From: a virus
Length of the DNA: 64,000 nt
Direction: 5' to 3' (one strand)
IMG/VR virus record: IMGVR_UViG_3300025018_000101
Location: 32,001-96,000 of that record
The position numbers were made by a program, and so were the translations under genes. Under the pieces are notes generated by a model. It saw only the letters and a list, made by a program, of their open reading frames with translations. It did no database searches and was not told the DNA's origin. Every line of letters starts with the position of its first letter. The first letter of the stretch is position 1. This document shows, in pieces, positions 36,165-45,761 of the stretch.

Positions 36165-37040
36165 ATGAACGGTGTCAACGACTGGATCGCACGCGTGGAG
36201 GCCGGCCGCCAGGCGCACCCCTCGGTGCTCATGAACCGGCCTCAGGGTCGCCGCGAGGACCCCGTCACATGGGGGGCCTCAACGCACTACGGCGACAACG
36301 CCCTGGGACGCAACGGCATGGGCGCGCGCAAGCAGGCGGCCGCGGAGGAAGCGGAGGAACCGAGCCGCTGGGCCGGCGCCTGGCGCGGGCTCAAGGGCGG
36401 CCTCCGTGGCGGCGCTCTCGCGGGGGGGCTCGCTGGCGCGGGCTCGGGTCTCGTCCACAGCATCGCCGAAGGAGACGCGGGGAGTGCTCCCGCCTACGCA
36501 CTGTTCGGTGGCCTCGGCAGCGGCATCGTTGGGGGTCTCGCAGGCATGGGATACGGGGCCATCCTGGGCGCGGGCTACCCGGACCCTGCCGCGGAGAAGG
36601 ACCTGCCGTGGTACAGGAGCCCCGCGGTCGCGGGTGCCGTGCTTGGGACGGGCATCGGAACCGCTCGGGGCGTGAAAGGGCTGCTCGACAAGAAGCATGA
36701 CTGGGGGGCCGCTGCCGAGGGCGCAGCACTGTCCGGCGCGATCGCCGCCGGCGCTGGCTTGGGCGTCAGTAAGGCCAACGAGCGCTACCTCGCCCAGCAG
36801 GCGGAGAAGTCTGCCTTCGTGGGCGCGGTCGCCCGCAAGCTCGTCTCCAGCCTCGGCGGGAGGGCCCTGGGGACTGCGGGCGCTCAGGGGGCCGCTGCCG
36901 TCGGCGAGGGCCTGGCGACCAAGGCGGCCCCGAGCCTGCTCCGCAAAGCCACCGCCCCCGTGCTCTCGGCCGCGTCGCTCGGCTCGTCCATGGCGACGAT
37001 GCGCCCGACGGCTGCCACCTTCGCTCCGGTGAAGTACTGA
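36165..37040 (+). CDS. Glycine-zipper, K-x-A-containing putative internal virion protein
   Basis: GGAGG RBS; repeated GxxxG hydrophobic segments; KQAA, KSAF. Confidence 0.7.
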   Translation: MNGVNDWIARVEAGRQAHPSVLMNRPQGRREDPVTWGASTHYGDNALGRNGMGARKQAAAEEAEEPSRWAGAWRGLKGGLRGGALAGGLAGAGSGLVHSIAEGDAGSAPAYALFGGLGSGIVGGLAGMGYGAILGAGYPDPAAEKDLPWYRSPAVAGAVLGTGIGTARGVKGLLDKKHDWGAAAEGAALSGAIAAGAGLGVSKANERYLAQQAEKSAFVGAVARKLVSSLGGRALGTAGAQGAAAVGEGLATKAAPSLLRKATAPVLSAASLGSSMATMRPTAATFAPVKY

Positions 37041-38863
37041 TGGCCACTCGCGACAACAACAAGCACACTACGCTCGGCCGTCTGCTCATCAACGACTCGC
37101 TGCCGCCGGAGCTCCGTACGGATGAGCAGCTCGGCAAGAAACAGATCAACCGCATCCTGTCCAGCGTGGCCAGGAACACGCCCGAGCAGTACGGCTCGGT
37201 CGCCCAGAACGTGAAGCGGTCGGGCGACTACGTTGCCACGCTGGCCGGGCTCAGCGTCGGCCTTGAGGACGTCGCCCCCCAGCGTGCACGACGCGACCCG
37301 ATCGTCAAAGACGCCCTCGGCCGCTTGCGCAAGGCCACGACGGACGCCCAACGGAGAGTCATCCTGTCGGAGGCGCAGGGCAAGATGATGAAGATCACGC
37401 CCGACCACCCATCGGACATGGCGCTGATGGCAGCCGCCGGCGGCCGCGGCTCCACGGCGCAGTTGATGCGCACGGTGGCCGCACCTGTCGCGGCCGCGGA
37501 CAAGAACGGGGCGCCCCTGCCGTGGCTGATTCAGCGGTCGTACTCCGAGGGGCTCAGACCGGATGAGTCCTGGGTGGCCGGGATCGAATCCCGCAACCTC
37601 GCCATCCAGACGAAGGAGTCCGTGCAGGAGCCCGGCGCGTTCGGCAAGGTCTTGATCGCCAACATGAGCGACATGGTCATCTCGTCGGAAGACTGCGGTA
37701 CCCGCAACGGCACCATCATGCACGTCTCCGACCCGCAGCTCGTCGACCGCGTCCTGGCCGCGGCCGCCGGTCCTGTTGCCGCCGGGACCATCGTCACCGC
37801 GCAGGTCGTCCGAGACCTGCGCAAGGCCGACGTCAAGGACGTCAAGGCCAGGACCCCCCTGACGTGCGAGATGGGCTCCGGCGTGTGCTCGGTATGTATG
37901 GGCGCCGACGAGTGGGGCAAATTGCCCCGTCTGAACACGAACGTCGGTGTCCGCGCCGCCCAGGCCATGAGCGAGCCCCTGACGCAGTTCGCCCTCTCCG
38001 CCAAGCACGGGGCGGGGACACTGAGTGGCGCCGGTAGGCCCTCCATGCAGGGCCTGACGGGCTTGAAGAACTTCCTCGACTTCCCGAAGTCGTTCTCTGA
38101 CCGAGCGATTCTGACGAGCCGGACCGGCGTGGTCACCCGCGTGGCCAAAGCCCCCCAGGGCGGGTGGTACGTCGACGTCGACCGCGTCGAGCACTACCTG
38201 TCGCCGCGGACGCCTCCGACGGTTCATCAGGGGCAGCACGTGGACGTCGGCGACGTACTGTCCGAGGGCGTCCCGACGCCAGACGACGTCGTACGGCTCA
38301 AGGATATGGGGGCAGGCCGGCAGCACGTCGCCGACGTCGTGCACGGCATCTACGCCGCCCAGGGGGCGAACCTTGACAAACGCCACATGGAGCTGCTCGC
38401 CAAGAGCCACCTGAACTGGGTGCGCGTAGTCGACGACCCCGACGGCGACCTGCTGCCGGGCGAGATCGTGCCTTACTCCTCGACGATGAGCCGCTACGGC
38501 GAGAGCAACACCGAGATGGCCGTGCAGGCCGCCACGGGCAAGGTCCTGTCCGTGCCAGCGCTTCAGTACACGGCAGGCACCACCCTGACGCCGCAGATCG
38601 TGGCGTCGCTCAAGGGTGGCGGTGTGTCGAAAGTGCGTGTATACAATGGGAACCTCAGGACTCGTCCTGTCGTCAAGTCCCTTACGCGGAGCCCGCTGCT
38701 CGATGCGCGCTGGATGAGGCGGCTCGGGCACCGGTACCTGAAGAAGTCTCTTGTCGAGGGAGCGGCTGCTGGCGATGAATCATCGATCCACGACACAGAC
38801 CCTATCGCCGCCTACGCTTACGGGGCGGAGTTCGGGGACAATCCCTCTGGCGTTGGCTATTGA
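37040..38863 (+). CDS. rpoC: RNA polymerase beta' C-terminal subunit
   Basis: TTLGRLLIN, GGRGS, SYSEGL, bridge-helix region ending EDCGT, Zn site C...CSVC, trigger loop AAQAMSEPLTQFALSAKHGAG. Confidence 0.9.
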   Translation: MATRDNNKHTTLGRLLINDSLPPELRTDEQLGKKQINRILSSVARNTPEQYGSVAQNVKRSGDYVATLAGLSVGLEDVAPQRARRDPIVKDALGRLRKATTDAQRRVILSEAQGKMMKITPDHPSDMALMAAAGGRGSTAQLMRTVAAPVAAADKNGAPLPWLIQRSYSEGLRPDESWVAGIESRNLAIQTKESVQEPGAFGKVLIANMSDMVISSEDCGTRNGTIMHVSDPQLVDRVLAAAAGPVAAGTIVTAQVVRDLRKADVKDVKARTPLTCEMGSGVCSVCMGADEWGKLPRLNTNVGVRAAQAMSEPLTQFALSAKHGAGTLSGAGRPSMQGLTGLKNFLDFPKSFSDRAILTSRTGVVTRVAKAPQGGWYVDVDRVEHYLSPRTPPTVHQGQHVDVGDVLSEGVPTPDDVVRLKDMGAGRQHVADVVHGIYAAQGANLDKRHMELLAKSHLNWVRVVDDPDGDLLPGEIVPYSSTMSRYGESNTEMAVQAATGKVLSVPALQYTAGTTLTPQIVASLKGGGVSKVRVYNGNLRTRPVVKSLTRSPLLDARWMRRLGHRYLKKSLVEGAAAGDESSIHDTDPIAAYAYGAEFGDNPSGVGY

Positions 38864-40319
38864 CCGTAGCCGCGGCAAGGAGGCAGGGATCGCGGACATG
38901 ATGGCGCGGGTCAAGACCCTCGCGCAGGGGACGCGCCCCATGGAGCTGGTGGACCGGGCACAGTCGGCCCTCCGCGCGCTACCGGCGGGCAAGCAGCTCT
39001 TCGGCCGTGGTGCCCTCAGCCAGTTCATCCCAAAGTCGCAGCAGGTAGTCTCGCGCCTGGGCGCGTTCGACGACCACCTCTATGAAGCCAAGAAGATCGT
39101 GGCCGACTTCGAGAGGGCCGGCGTCCGGCCCCCGCCCGGACTGATCGGGCCCAACAACGAGGTGGACCTCGACCTGCTCCGCAAGCTGACCCCCTCCATG
39201 CCCGGCCTCGGCATCGGGGAGCGCATCACCCGGGCGGTGACGGGTGGACCGAAGGTCGACAAGCTGAAGGCAACTGCCACCGAGGCCGAGGCGCGCCTCG
39301 CTCAGTTCTCCAAGGCCGGGCCCCGAGACGCGTCCGAGGCCGCCACGCGCACGCACGCCGCGCAGTTGCGCCAGCTCGAGGCAGAGGCCGCGCAGGCACG
39401 CCAGCTCCACGAGATCAACGCCAGCGGCGTCTCGATGTCGCCGCAAGCCCTCTCGCAAATGCAGGCGATTCGGGCAGCCGGCCACGACATCTCGCCGCAG
39501 GAGTTCCAGCAGCTCGCCCGGGTCCGAGGCGACATCCGGTCGGGCGGCCGCGAGGCCAAAGACATGGTCATCGGCGAGGCGCCGCTGGAGGTCACGCGCC
39601 AGCGGTACATCCAGGGCGGCCTCATCGGTCCAGGCGGAGTACTGCTCGGGGACATGGCGCCGAACGTCGCTCTCCAACGGGTGGCGAAGAGGACGTGGGA
39701 CGCGGCCAAGGCGGGAGACCTCGCGACCTTCGAGAAGGAGCTCAAACCCACTCTCGGCCGTGGCCTCGGCTACGCCCTCGGCGCCGGGTTCACGTACGGC
39801 ATGATCCCGGGCAGCGCCAAAGACACCTACGACATGGCCCAGGAGTCAGGGGAGAGCCCTGGCAGGGCCGTGGCGGCCAACCTCGCGGGCTCGGTGCTGA
39901 ACGTGGTCTCGTCGCCGCTCGGCATGGGACAGATGCTGCTCTACGACCCGGCCATGAAGCTCGTCAATCGCGGCTTCGGCACCAAGAGCTACGACGAGAT
40001 GTCTCAGGCCGTGGCGAACCGGGCCGTGGCGCAGCAAGCGACTACCCGGGCGTCTGCGGCCACGTCCGCGTTTCCGGGGCGCGCCCGCGCGGCTGCACCA
40101 CCCGCAACCGGGGCCCCTATGGCGCCGCAGGGCGCTGCGCCTACGCCCCCTATGCCCCTCCTTCGCGCACCCGGTGGTGCCGCCCCGGCCTATCCAGCGA
40201 CACCCGCACCCGCCGTACCCCGGCCGTCGCTACCCACACCGCCTGTACTCGCGCCGCAGCGGCCGCCCACGTTGAGCGGCCCTCGGCCTGTTATTGTACC
40301 GCCACGTCAACCCATGTAG
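38853..40319 (+). CDS. Putative internal virion protein with Pro-rich C-terminus
   Basis: Start uncertain (TTG 38853 or ATG 38898); KEAG near the N-terminus. Confidence 0.65.
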   Translation: MAIDRSRGKEAGIADMMARVKTLAQGTRPMELVDRAQSALRALPAGKQLFGRGALSQFIPKSQQVVSRLGAFDDHLYEAKKIVADFERAGVRPPPGLIGPNNEVDLDLLRKLTPSMPGLGIGERITRAVTGGPKVDKLKATATEAEARLAQFSKAGPRDASEAATRTHAAQLRQLEAEAAQARQLHEINASGVSMSPQALSQMQAIRAAGHDISPQEFQQLARVRGDIRSGGREAKDMVIGEAPLEVTRQRYIQGGLIGPGGVLLGDMAPNVALQRVAKRTWDAAKAGDLATFEKELKPTLGRGLGYALGAGFTYGMIPGSAKDTYDMAQESGESPGRAVAANLAGSVLNVVSSPLGMGQMLLYDPAMKLVNRGFGTKSYDEMSQAVANRAVAQQATTRASAATSAFPGRARAAAPPATGAPMAPQGAAPTPPMPLLRAPGGAAPAYPATPAPAVPRPSLPTPPVLAPQRPPTLSGPRPVIVPPRQPM

Positions 40320-40322
40320 TAT
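40294..40322 (+). promoter_or_regulatory. sigma70-like promoter
   Basis: TTGTAC-17 nt-TAGTAT. Confidence 0.55.
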
Positions 40323-40371
40323 GGGCCCGGGCGTGAGCAGCGCTCGGTCCCCGACCCACAGGAGCACCCTC

Positions 40372-41460
40372 ATGAGCAGCCTCTCCCTGACCAAGATCGC
40401 CTTTGCCCGCGGCGTTGCCAATTACCTCCAGGTGAACGGTCTGACGCGCTTCCCTGACGAGGCCCACATCAAGGCGGCCTCGACGTACGTCGCCGAGCGC
40501 GTGATGCGGGCCGACCCTCTGGACACCGCGTACACCCCCACGGATGCGCAACGCGTCGCCGAGGGGGTCTACAAGGTGAGCCAGGCGTACGCCAGGACCG
40601 GCAAGGTCGCGGCCGCCGGTGCTCCCGTGGCCGCTATCCGGACCCACGACGCCGCCTACGGCGACCTCATCCGGTGGGCGTACAAGACCGCCATGGACGA
40701 GAGCGACAACGGCGGCGGTCTCGTGGCGACGAGCCCCGAGCAGAACTCGCCGGCGAACGCCTCGACGCTACTGGGTCAGATCGAGAACAGCGAGCGTCCC
40801 GAGGGCTATGCGACCGTCCCGATGGGTGGCGCGAACATCCAGGACACCCCGTCGTCGGCGATCATCGGCACCGAGATGCCCGCCCCGGGCCAGGACGCCG
40901 GTACCGTGGCCGGTGGCGCCACCAACTCGCTGCAGCAGGTCTCCGACAAGGAGGCCCGCGCGCGGGGTCGCGCTCCCCTGTCCAGCCTCGAGCGCCTGCT
41001 GCGGAAGGTGGCCGAGGGTGAGAGCGACAACGGAGGCGGTCTCGTGGCGACGAGCCCCGAGCAGAACTCGCCGGCGAACGCCTCGACGCTGCTGGGTCAG
41101 ATCGAGAACAGCGAGCGTCCCGAGGGCTATGCGACCGTCCCGATGGGTGGCGCGAACATCCAGGACACCCCGTCGTCGGCGATCCTCGGCACCGAGATGC
41201 CCGCCCCGGGCCAGGACGCCGGTACCGTGGCCGGTGGCGCCACCAACTCGCTGCAGCAGGTCTCCGACAAGGAGGCTGCTGATCGGCGCTTCCTGGCGCT
41301 CAGCGCTGAGATCCTCCCGTGGCTGCCGCGCAACCTGACGGCGGCCGAGAAGGTGGCCGAGTGCCAGGCGTACGTCAACGCGTCGCCGTCGGCGCGTCTG
41401 CTCCACCGGAGCCTGCGCGCTCAGGAGTCCAAGCAGGCCTCGGCGCGCTCGCAGTACTGA
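40372..41460 (+). CDS. K-x-A-rich head/core protein with an internal duplicated domain
   Basis: AGGAG RBS; 9 of 10 lysines are in K-x-A. Confidence 0.75.
   Translation: MSSLSLTKIAFARGVANYLQVNGLTRFPDEAHIKAASTYVAERVMRADPLDTAYTPTDAQRVAEGVYKVSQAYARTGKVAAAGAPVAAIRTHDAAYGDLIRWAYKTAMDESDNGGGLVATSPEQNSPANASTLLGQIENSERPEGYATVPMGGANIQDTPSSAIIGTEMPAPGQDAGTVAGGATNSLQQVSDKEARARGRAPLSSLERLLRKVAEGESDNGGGLVATSPEQNSPANASTLLGQIENSERPEGYATVPMGGANIQDTPSSAILGTEMPAPGQDAGTVAGGATNSLQQVSDKEAADRRFLALSAEILPWLPRNLTAAEKVAECQAYVNASPSARLLHRSLRAQESKQASARSQY
40699..41276 (+). repeat. 257-bp direct repeat (40699-40955, 41020-41276)
   Basis: Near-identical copies (about 3 substitutions), period 321 bp. Confidence 0.95.
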
Positions 41461-41540
41461 CGCGGCCAGGATCGGGCGACACTCACGGTTGATGAGGGCG
41501 TTGGCACCCGCTCGCGCCCTGGACCAGCAGGAGACCTACG

Positions 41541-44099
41541 ATGTCCTTCGGAACGCCCGCCCCCGCGCCCGTGGCTGCACCCGACCCGCAGACCCTGTTC
41601 AAGGAGCGCTTCGCGCAGATGGCGCACGACAACCTCGCGTCGCGTCTGCCCGACGTCTCCGACCGCATCTCGGCCTTCGAGGTGCTGGACGTGGACGAGA
41701 ACACGGGCCAGGCCGTGGGTGTCTTCGCCTTCACGGCGGGGAACTCCGAGGTGCACATCCCGGTCATCCTCTCCGGGATTCAGATCGAGCCCATCGATGT
41801 CATGTACCTGCCGGACTCCCGGCAGTGGCTGCCGCTGACCCCGAAGTGGGTGGAGTTCCTGGACTCCGTCGACGCGAACTACCTCGGCAACGCCCGCAAG
41901 GCGCCCACGGGCCTCCAGACGGACATGGACATCCGCAACGTCATGGTGCCGCCGATGACCGGGCGGTACAGTTACGCGTCGGCGAACGGCTGCCTGCTCG
42001 ACTATCTCCGCCGCGCCGGCAACCGTGCCCGCAAGCACGCGGTGGCCGTGATGACGGCTCGGCCTACCCTGGCCAAGCTGGCGTTTGACCTGTACGGCGT
42101 CGCGGAGCTCACCGAGGCGGTGCGGCACCGCGAGCCACCTCCTGCTGTCGAGAAGATCGCCTTCTACGACGGGGACTCCGACTGGGGTGAAATGGCGACG
42201 GCCTTCGGCCAGCACGCCCCGCGGGCGATGTCCCAACTGACAGCGCTCGGGTACGCGGTCCTTGACCGGCGGCCCCGGACGAAGACCGCGGTGTACGTCG
42301 AGACCCTGTCGCGCCGCATCACGCCGAACGAGCCCGGCGTCTACCGCCTCTATCTCAAGGACCGGAGGAGCCGCCTGGCGCTGATCATCCCCGCGCCTCA
42401 GGAGCTCTCCAGGACCACCCGGTACGGCACTACGCCTACGCGCGTGACGACCCCGCCCGTCGACATCTGGGAGACGCGTCCGACGTCTCCGTCGGAGAAC
42501 GTCACCTACCTCATCTACACGCAAGATGGGGAGGCCGAGCAGGTGCGAGGGCCGATTCTGGCGCGACCGGTCGAGCGCGAGGCGGCCAACGTGGCCGCCT
42601 GGCTGGCGGAGGTCTTCGCGCGCAACGACCCGCCAGCGCCTGGTCGAGGCACGTTCCTCCGCTTCAAGGACGGCCGTCTCCAGGCCACGACGCTGATCAA
42701 GATCGTGAACGTGTCCGACCTCGGCGACGGGGAGAAGCTCATCAAGGCATACTCGAACTCAGGCGGCCAGACCTACATCCGCATGGGGCCCTCGTACCGC
42801 TACAAGCAGATCTCGGTGATGTCGACGGGCGAAGGCGCGGACGTTTGGGGCGGCGGCGGCAGCGACAGTGCCGAGGTGCGCATCCCCGACACCTACTGCT
42901 GGGTACCTGTCAAGGACCTCGACGCCGCGCTCGTCGTGCGGACGGCCAACGACGTCGTAGGCGTCGCGGCGGCCGACCCGAAGATGGCCACAGCCGTGGT
43001 CGTGCGCGTCGTCCACAACGCCGGTTCGTACCGAGTCAACGGCTCTTCGGTCGGGTCCCGCGCGAAGGCCGCTCACGTCCTGCTCCGGGACTTCGGACTC
43101 TCGGTGGTGTCGGCCGAGAACATGCTCAAGCGCGCGGCGGTCGAAGGACAGGCCGAGGCAGCCGCGATGGACTCCGCCCAGCTCGCGGCCGGCGACCAGG
43201 CCGGTGTGGTCGGCGGCGACCCCGGCATGGACCCGTCGATGATGGACCCGGCCACGATGGATCCATCGATGATGGACCCCTCGATGACGGCGCCCGACCC
43301 GACGGCGATGGCGCTGCAGTCTGCTCAACAGGAGGTCATGACGCTGATCCAGATGCAGCAGCAGGAAGTGACGCGTCGCCTCGAGGAGCAGCAGCGCATC
43401 CTTGCGGCGCAGCAGGAGGCCATCGACCTGGTGATGCAGCGTAGCCAGGAGCTCCTCGGCGGTGCGCCACCGATGGACCCGCTGAGCGCGTCCATGATGT
43501 CGCAGCAGCTCACCGACCAGAACATGGCCCAGGCGCCCCCTGCGGGCCTGGGTGGCGGCGCGGCGTACGCTGACGCCGGACCTTCGCCTGAGCCGGTGCC
43601 TGAAGGGTCCTTGGCGGCCGGGGCTCCGACGCTCGGTGCTGGCGACGTCCCGGTCGGGCCCTCGACTGGCATGCCGTCAGGCATGCCCGCGGACATGGGC
43701 CCTGGCCAGCCGGCGGGCCTTGGTCCGAGCTCCGGCATGTCCCCCGTGCCCCCGAGCACGCCGGAGGATGTGGCTCAGGCCGCCCCCGGGGCGCTGGACG
43801 CGAGCATGCTCGCGTCCATGGCCACCAGCGAGGGCCTCGAGTCCCTCGGCGTGGACTACCTGCCGCAGCTCCGGGAGGCAGTGTCGATTCTGGCCCGCAC
43901 CTTGACGGACCTTCGCATCAAGGCTCCTACGCTGCGCGACCAGCTCGGCGACAGGGCCTACGAGGAGCAGGTCGAGCGCCTTCGACGGGGTCTCACGAAC
44001 CTCGGTCCTCTGACCCTGGACCTCCACAGGAACGCGCTGCTGTTCCGCGGCTCCGGCGCGACTGCCGGCGACCAGGACTCGGTGCACGACTCGGTGTAA
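41541..44099 (+). CDS. Large putative head/core protein
   Basis: AGGAG RBS; several K-x-A motifs; MDPSM repeats, Gln coil and Pro/Gly linker. Confidence 0.75.
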   Translation: MSFGTPAPAPVAAPDPQTLFKERFAQMAHDNLASRLPDVSDRISAFEVLDVDENTGQAVGVFAFTAGNSEVHIPVILSGIQIEPIDVMYLPDSRQWLPLTPKWVEFLDSVDANYLGNARKAPTGLQTDMDIRNVMVPPMTGRYSYASANGCLLDYLRRAGNRARKHAVAVMTARPTLAKLAFDLYGVAELTEAVRHREPPPAVEKIAFYDGDSDWGEMATAFGQHAPRAMSQLTALGYAVLDRRPRTKTAVYVETLSRRITPNEPGVYRLYLKDRRSRLALIIPAPQELSRTTRYGTTPTRVTTPPVDIWETRPTSPSENVTYLIYTQDGEAEQVRGPILARPVEREAANVAAWLAEVFARNDPPAPGRGTFLRFKDGRLQATTLIKIVNVSDLGDGEKLIKAYSNSGGQTYIRMGPSYRYKQISVMSTGEGADVWGGGGSDSAEVRIPDTYCWVPVKDLDAALVVRTANDVVGVAAADPKMATAVVVRVVHNAGSYRVNGSSVGSRAKAAHVLLRDFGLSVVSAENMLKRAAVEGQAEAAAMDSAQLAAGDQAGVVGGDPGMDPSMMDPATMDPSMMDPSMTAPDPTAMALQSAQQEVMTLIQMQQQEVTRRLEEQQRILAAQQEAIDLVMQRSQELLGGAPPMDPLSASMMSQQLTDQNMAQAPPAGLGGGAAYADAGPSPEPVPEGSLAAGAPTLGAGDVPVGPSTGMPSGMPADMGPGQPAGLGPSSGMSPVPPSTPEDVAQAAPGALDASMLASMATSEGLESLGVDYLPQLREAVSILARTLTDLRIKAPTLRDQLGDRAYEEQVERLRRGLTNLGPLTLDLHRNALLFRGSGATAGDQDSVHDSV

Positions 44100-44105
44100 G
44101 CTGGC

Positions 44106-44828
44106 ATGGCGGTTCCACGGCACAGATACGAAGCGCTACTGGCCCTCTCCGGCCGGGGCGCCGACGTTTGGCCCGCCGACCCGGTGCTCGACGCCATGCT
44201 CCGTGCGGCCCGGGGAGACCGGCTCGTGCCGGGTGAAGTGCTGCACTGCATGTCCCTGGCGCAGTCAGCGCTCAAGAGCGCGATCGTCGACGCCTTCTTG
44301 CTCGCGGGAGCGACGAGCGCCGACCTTCGGATATCGCTGGGCGTCGACCCTGACGTCGCCGATCTCTATCGGACGTACGTCTTTGACACGGCCGTATTCC
44401 GAGACGTGCTCGACCGCTACGAGTACGTCCACGCCATCAAGCGCCGTGCCGACGCGGCAACATGCGACAGCGACCGACACGCGCTGGAGGAAGCGTACAA
44501 GTGGGCGTGGTGGGGCCTGAGCCACGGCCTGCAGTACCTGAAGCTCCGACTGAACGCGGACGCGGAGGTCCTGTCTACCGCGATGGTGAACAGGGTCATC
44601 AACATGGCGTACCTCCAGACGGTCGACGCGTTCAACGGCCGCAGTCCAGCCGAGGCCCGTAGCTGCGCGGGGACCTTCCTCGCGGCGGTGCGTACGGGGG
44701 CAGCACTTGTCGACACGGAAAAATCCGGGCAAGATGTCGAGTGGGAAGTGGTACTGTCAACGCCAGCCGAGAGCGAGGCGGGCACAGGTCCGCCACTGCA
44801 GCTCGATACGGCGTCCATCCTCACGTAG
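44106..44828 (+). CDS. Hypothetical HTH-like protein (terminase small subunit candidate)
   Basis: GATSADLRISLGVDPDVADLY is HTH-like; function is speculative. Confidence 0.45.
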   Translation: MAVPRHRYEALLALSGRGADVWPADPVLDAMLRAARGDRLVPGEVLHCMSLAQSALKSAIVDAFLLAGATSADLRISLGVDPDVADLYRTYVFDTAVFRDVLDRYEYVHAIKRRADAATCDSDRHALEEAYKWAWWGLSHGLQYLKLRLNADAEVLSTAMVNRVINMAYLQTVDAFNGRSPAEARSCAGTFLAAVRTGAALVDTEKSGQDVEWEVVLSTPAESEAGTGPPLQLDTASILT

Positions 44829-44840
44829 AGGCACAGGTTC

Positions 44841-45761
44841 ATGAGCATGCACGACACGATGGTGGAGACGTCCCGGAGGGTCATCGACGCGTTCGATGCG
44901 AAGGGCATCCCCCTGACCGACGGCGTGATCAAGGAGGCTCGGGAGCTAAATTTTAGCCCCGAGCAGACGGAGAAGCTGCTGCAGTTCGTCAACGTCGGCG
45001 CCCACCTGCGCAAGTTCTCCGCGGCCACCGGCCCCGACCGCGTGGTGGAGTTTGACGTCGCTCAACCCTCCGAGGTCATGGCCGCGCTCTTTCCTGCGCG
45101 CCTCGCCGTCAAGGCTGCGGCCGCGCCGCTGACCAGCGTTGACAACTTCGACGCGTCCTACGACTACTGGGGGCCCGCGCCCAAGGCGAGGCGGCGCTCC
45201 AAGGTCGCAGGGGACGGCGGCATGGACGACGACGACGACTGCGAGGACGACTGCGAGGTCGACTACGGAGGTAGCGACGACGACGACGACGACGACGAGG
45301 GGGAGGAGGAAGGCGCCGAGGAGTCCACGGCCGCCGACTACGCCCCGGTGGACGAGGCGGCGTTCCGCCGTCTGCTCGACTCCGCGTCCAAGACTGCTGC
45401 GGACCTCAAGAACGCCGCTCACATCGCGTCCTTCCGTTACGAGGACGCGGTCGGCGTCCTGGTCACGGCCGTGAGCCGCGGGGCTATCTCGTCAGAGAAG
45501 ATGGCGCAGGATCTCCACGCGCTGCACGGCCGGGCGGGGGTGGAAGTGGCCGGCGCCGTTTTCAAACGCCTGCGCCAGGAGCACCTGCCGAGCAAGACGG
45601 CGTCCCTGGCGCCCTCCGCGGGCGTGGTGTTGTCCCACCCGACCCACGGGCTCATGCAGGCGGCGGTTGCCGCAGCGGATGACCTCCTTGTGAAGGTCTC
45701 GGCGTGGCAGTACCACCACGGCCAGGTCAGGCAACTCGCCGTGAAGTTGGGGTACCGCTGA
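44841..45761 (+). CDS. K-x-A-rich head protein with acidic tract
   Basis: 7 K-x-A motifs; D/E-rich segment. Confidence 0.7.
   Translation: MSMHDTMVETSRRVIDAFDAKGIPLTDGVIKEARELNFSPEQTEKLLQFVNVGAHLRKFSAATGPDRVVEFDVAQPSEVMAALFPARLAVKAAAAPLTSVDNFDASYDYWGPAPKARRRSKVAGDGGMDDDDDCEDDCEVDYGGSDDDDDDDEGEEEGAEESTAADYAPVDEAAFRRLLDSASKTAADLKNAAHIASFRYEDAVGVLVTAVSRGAISSEKMAQDLHALHGRAGVEVAGAVFKRLRQEHLPSKTASLAPSAGVVLSHPTHGLMQAAVAAADDLLVKVSAWQYHHGQVRQLAVKLGYR

Noticed and set aside
30438-38863. Host rpoB-rpoC operon
   Set aside because: Highly reduced, embedded among phage head genes, with no neighbouring ribosomal protein genes.
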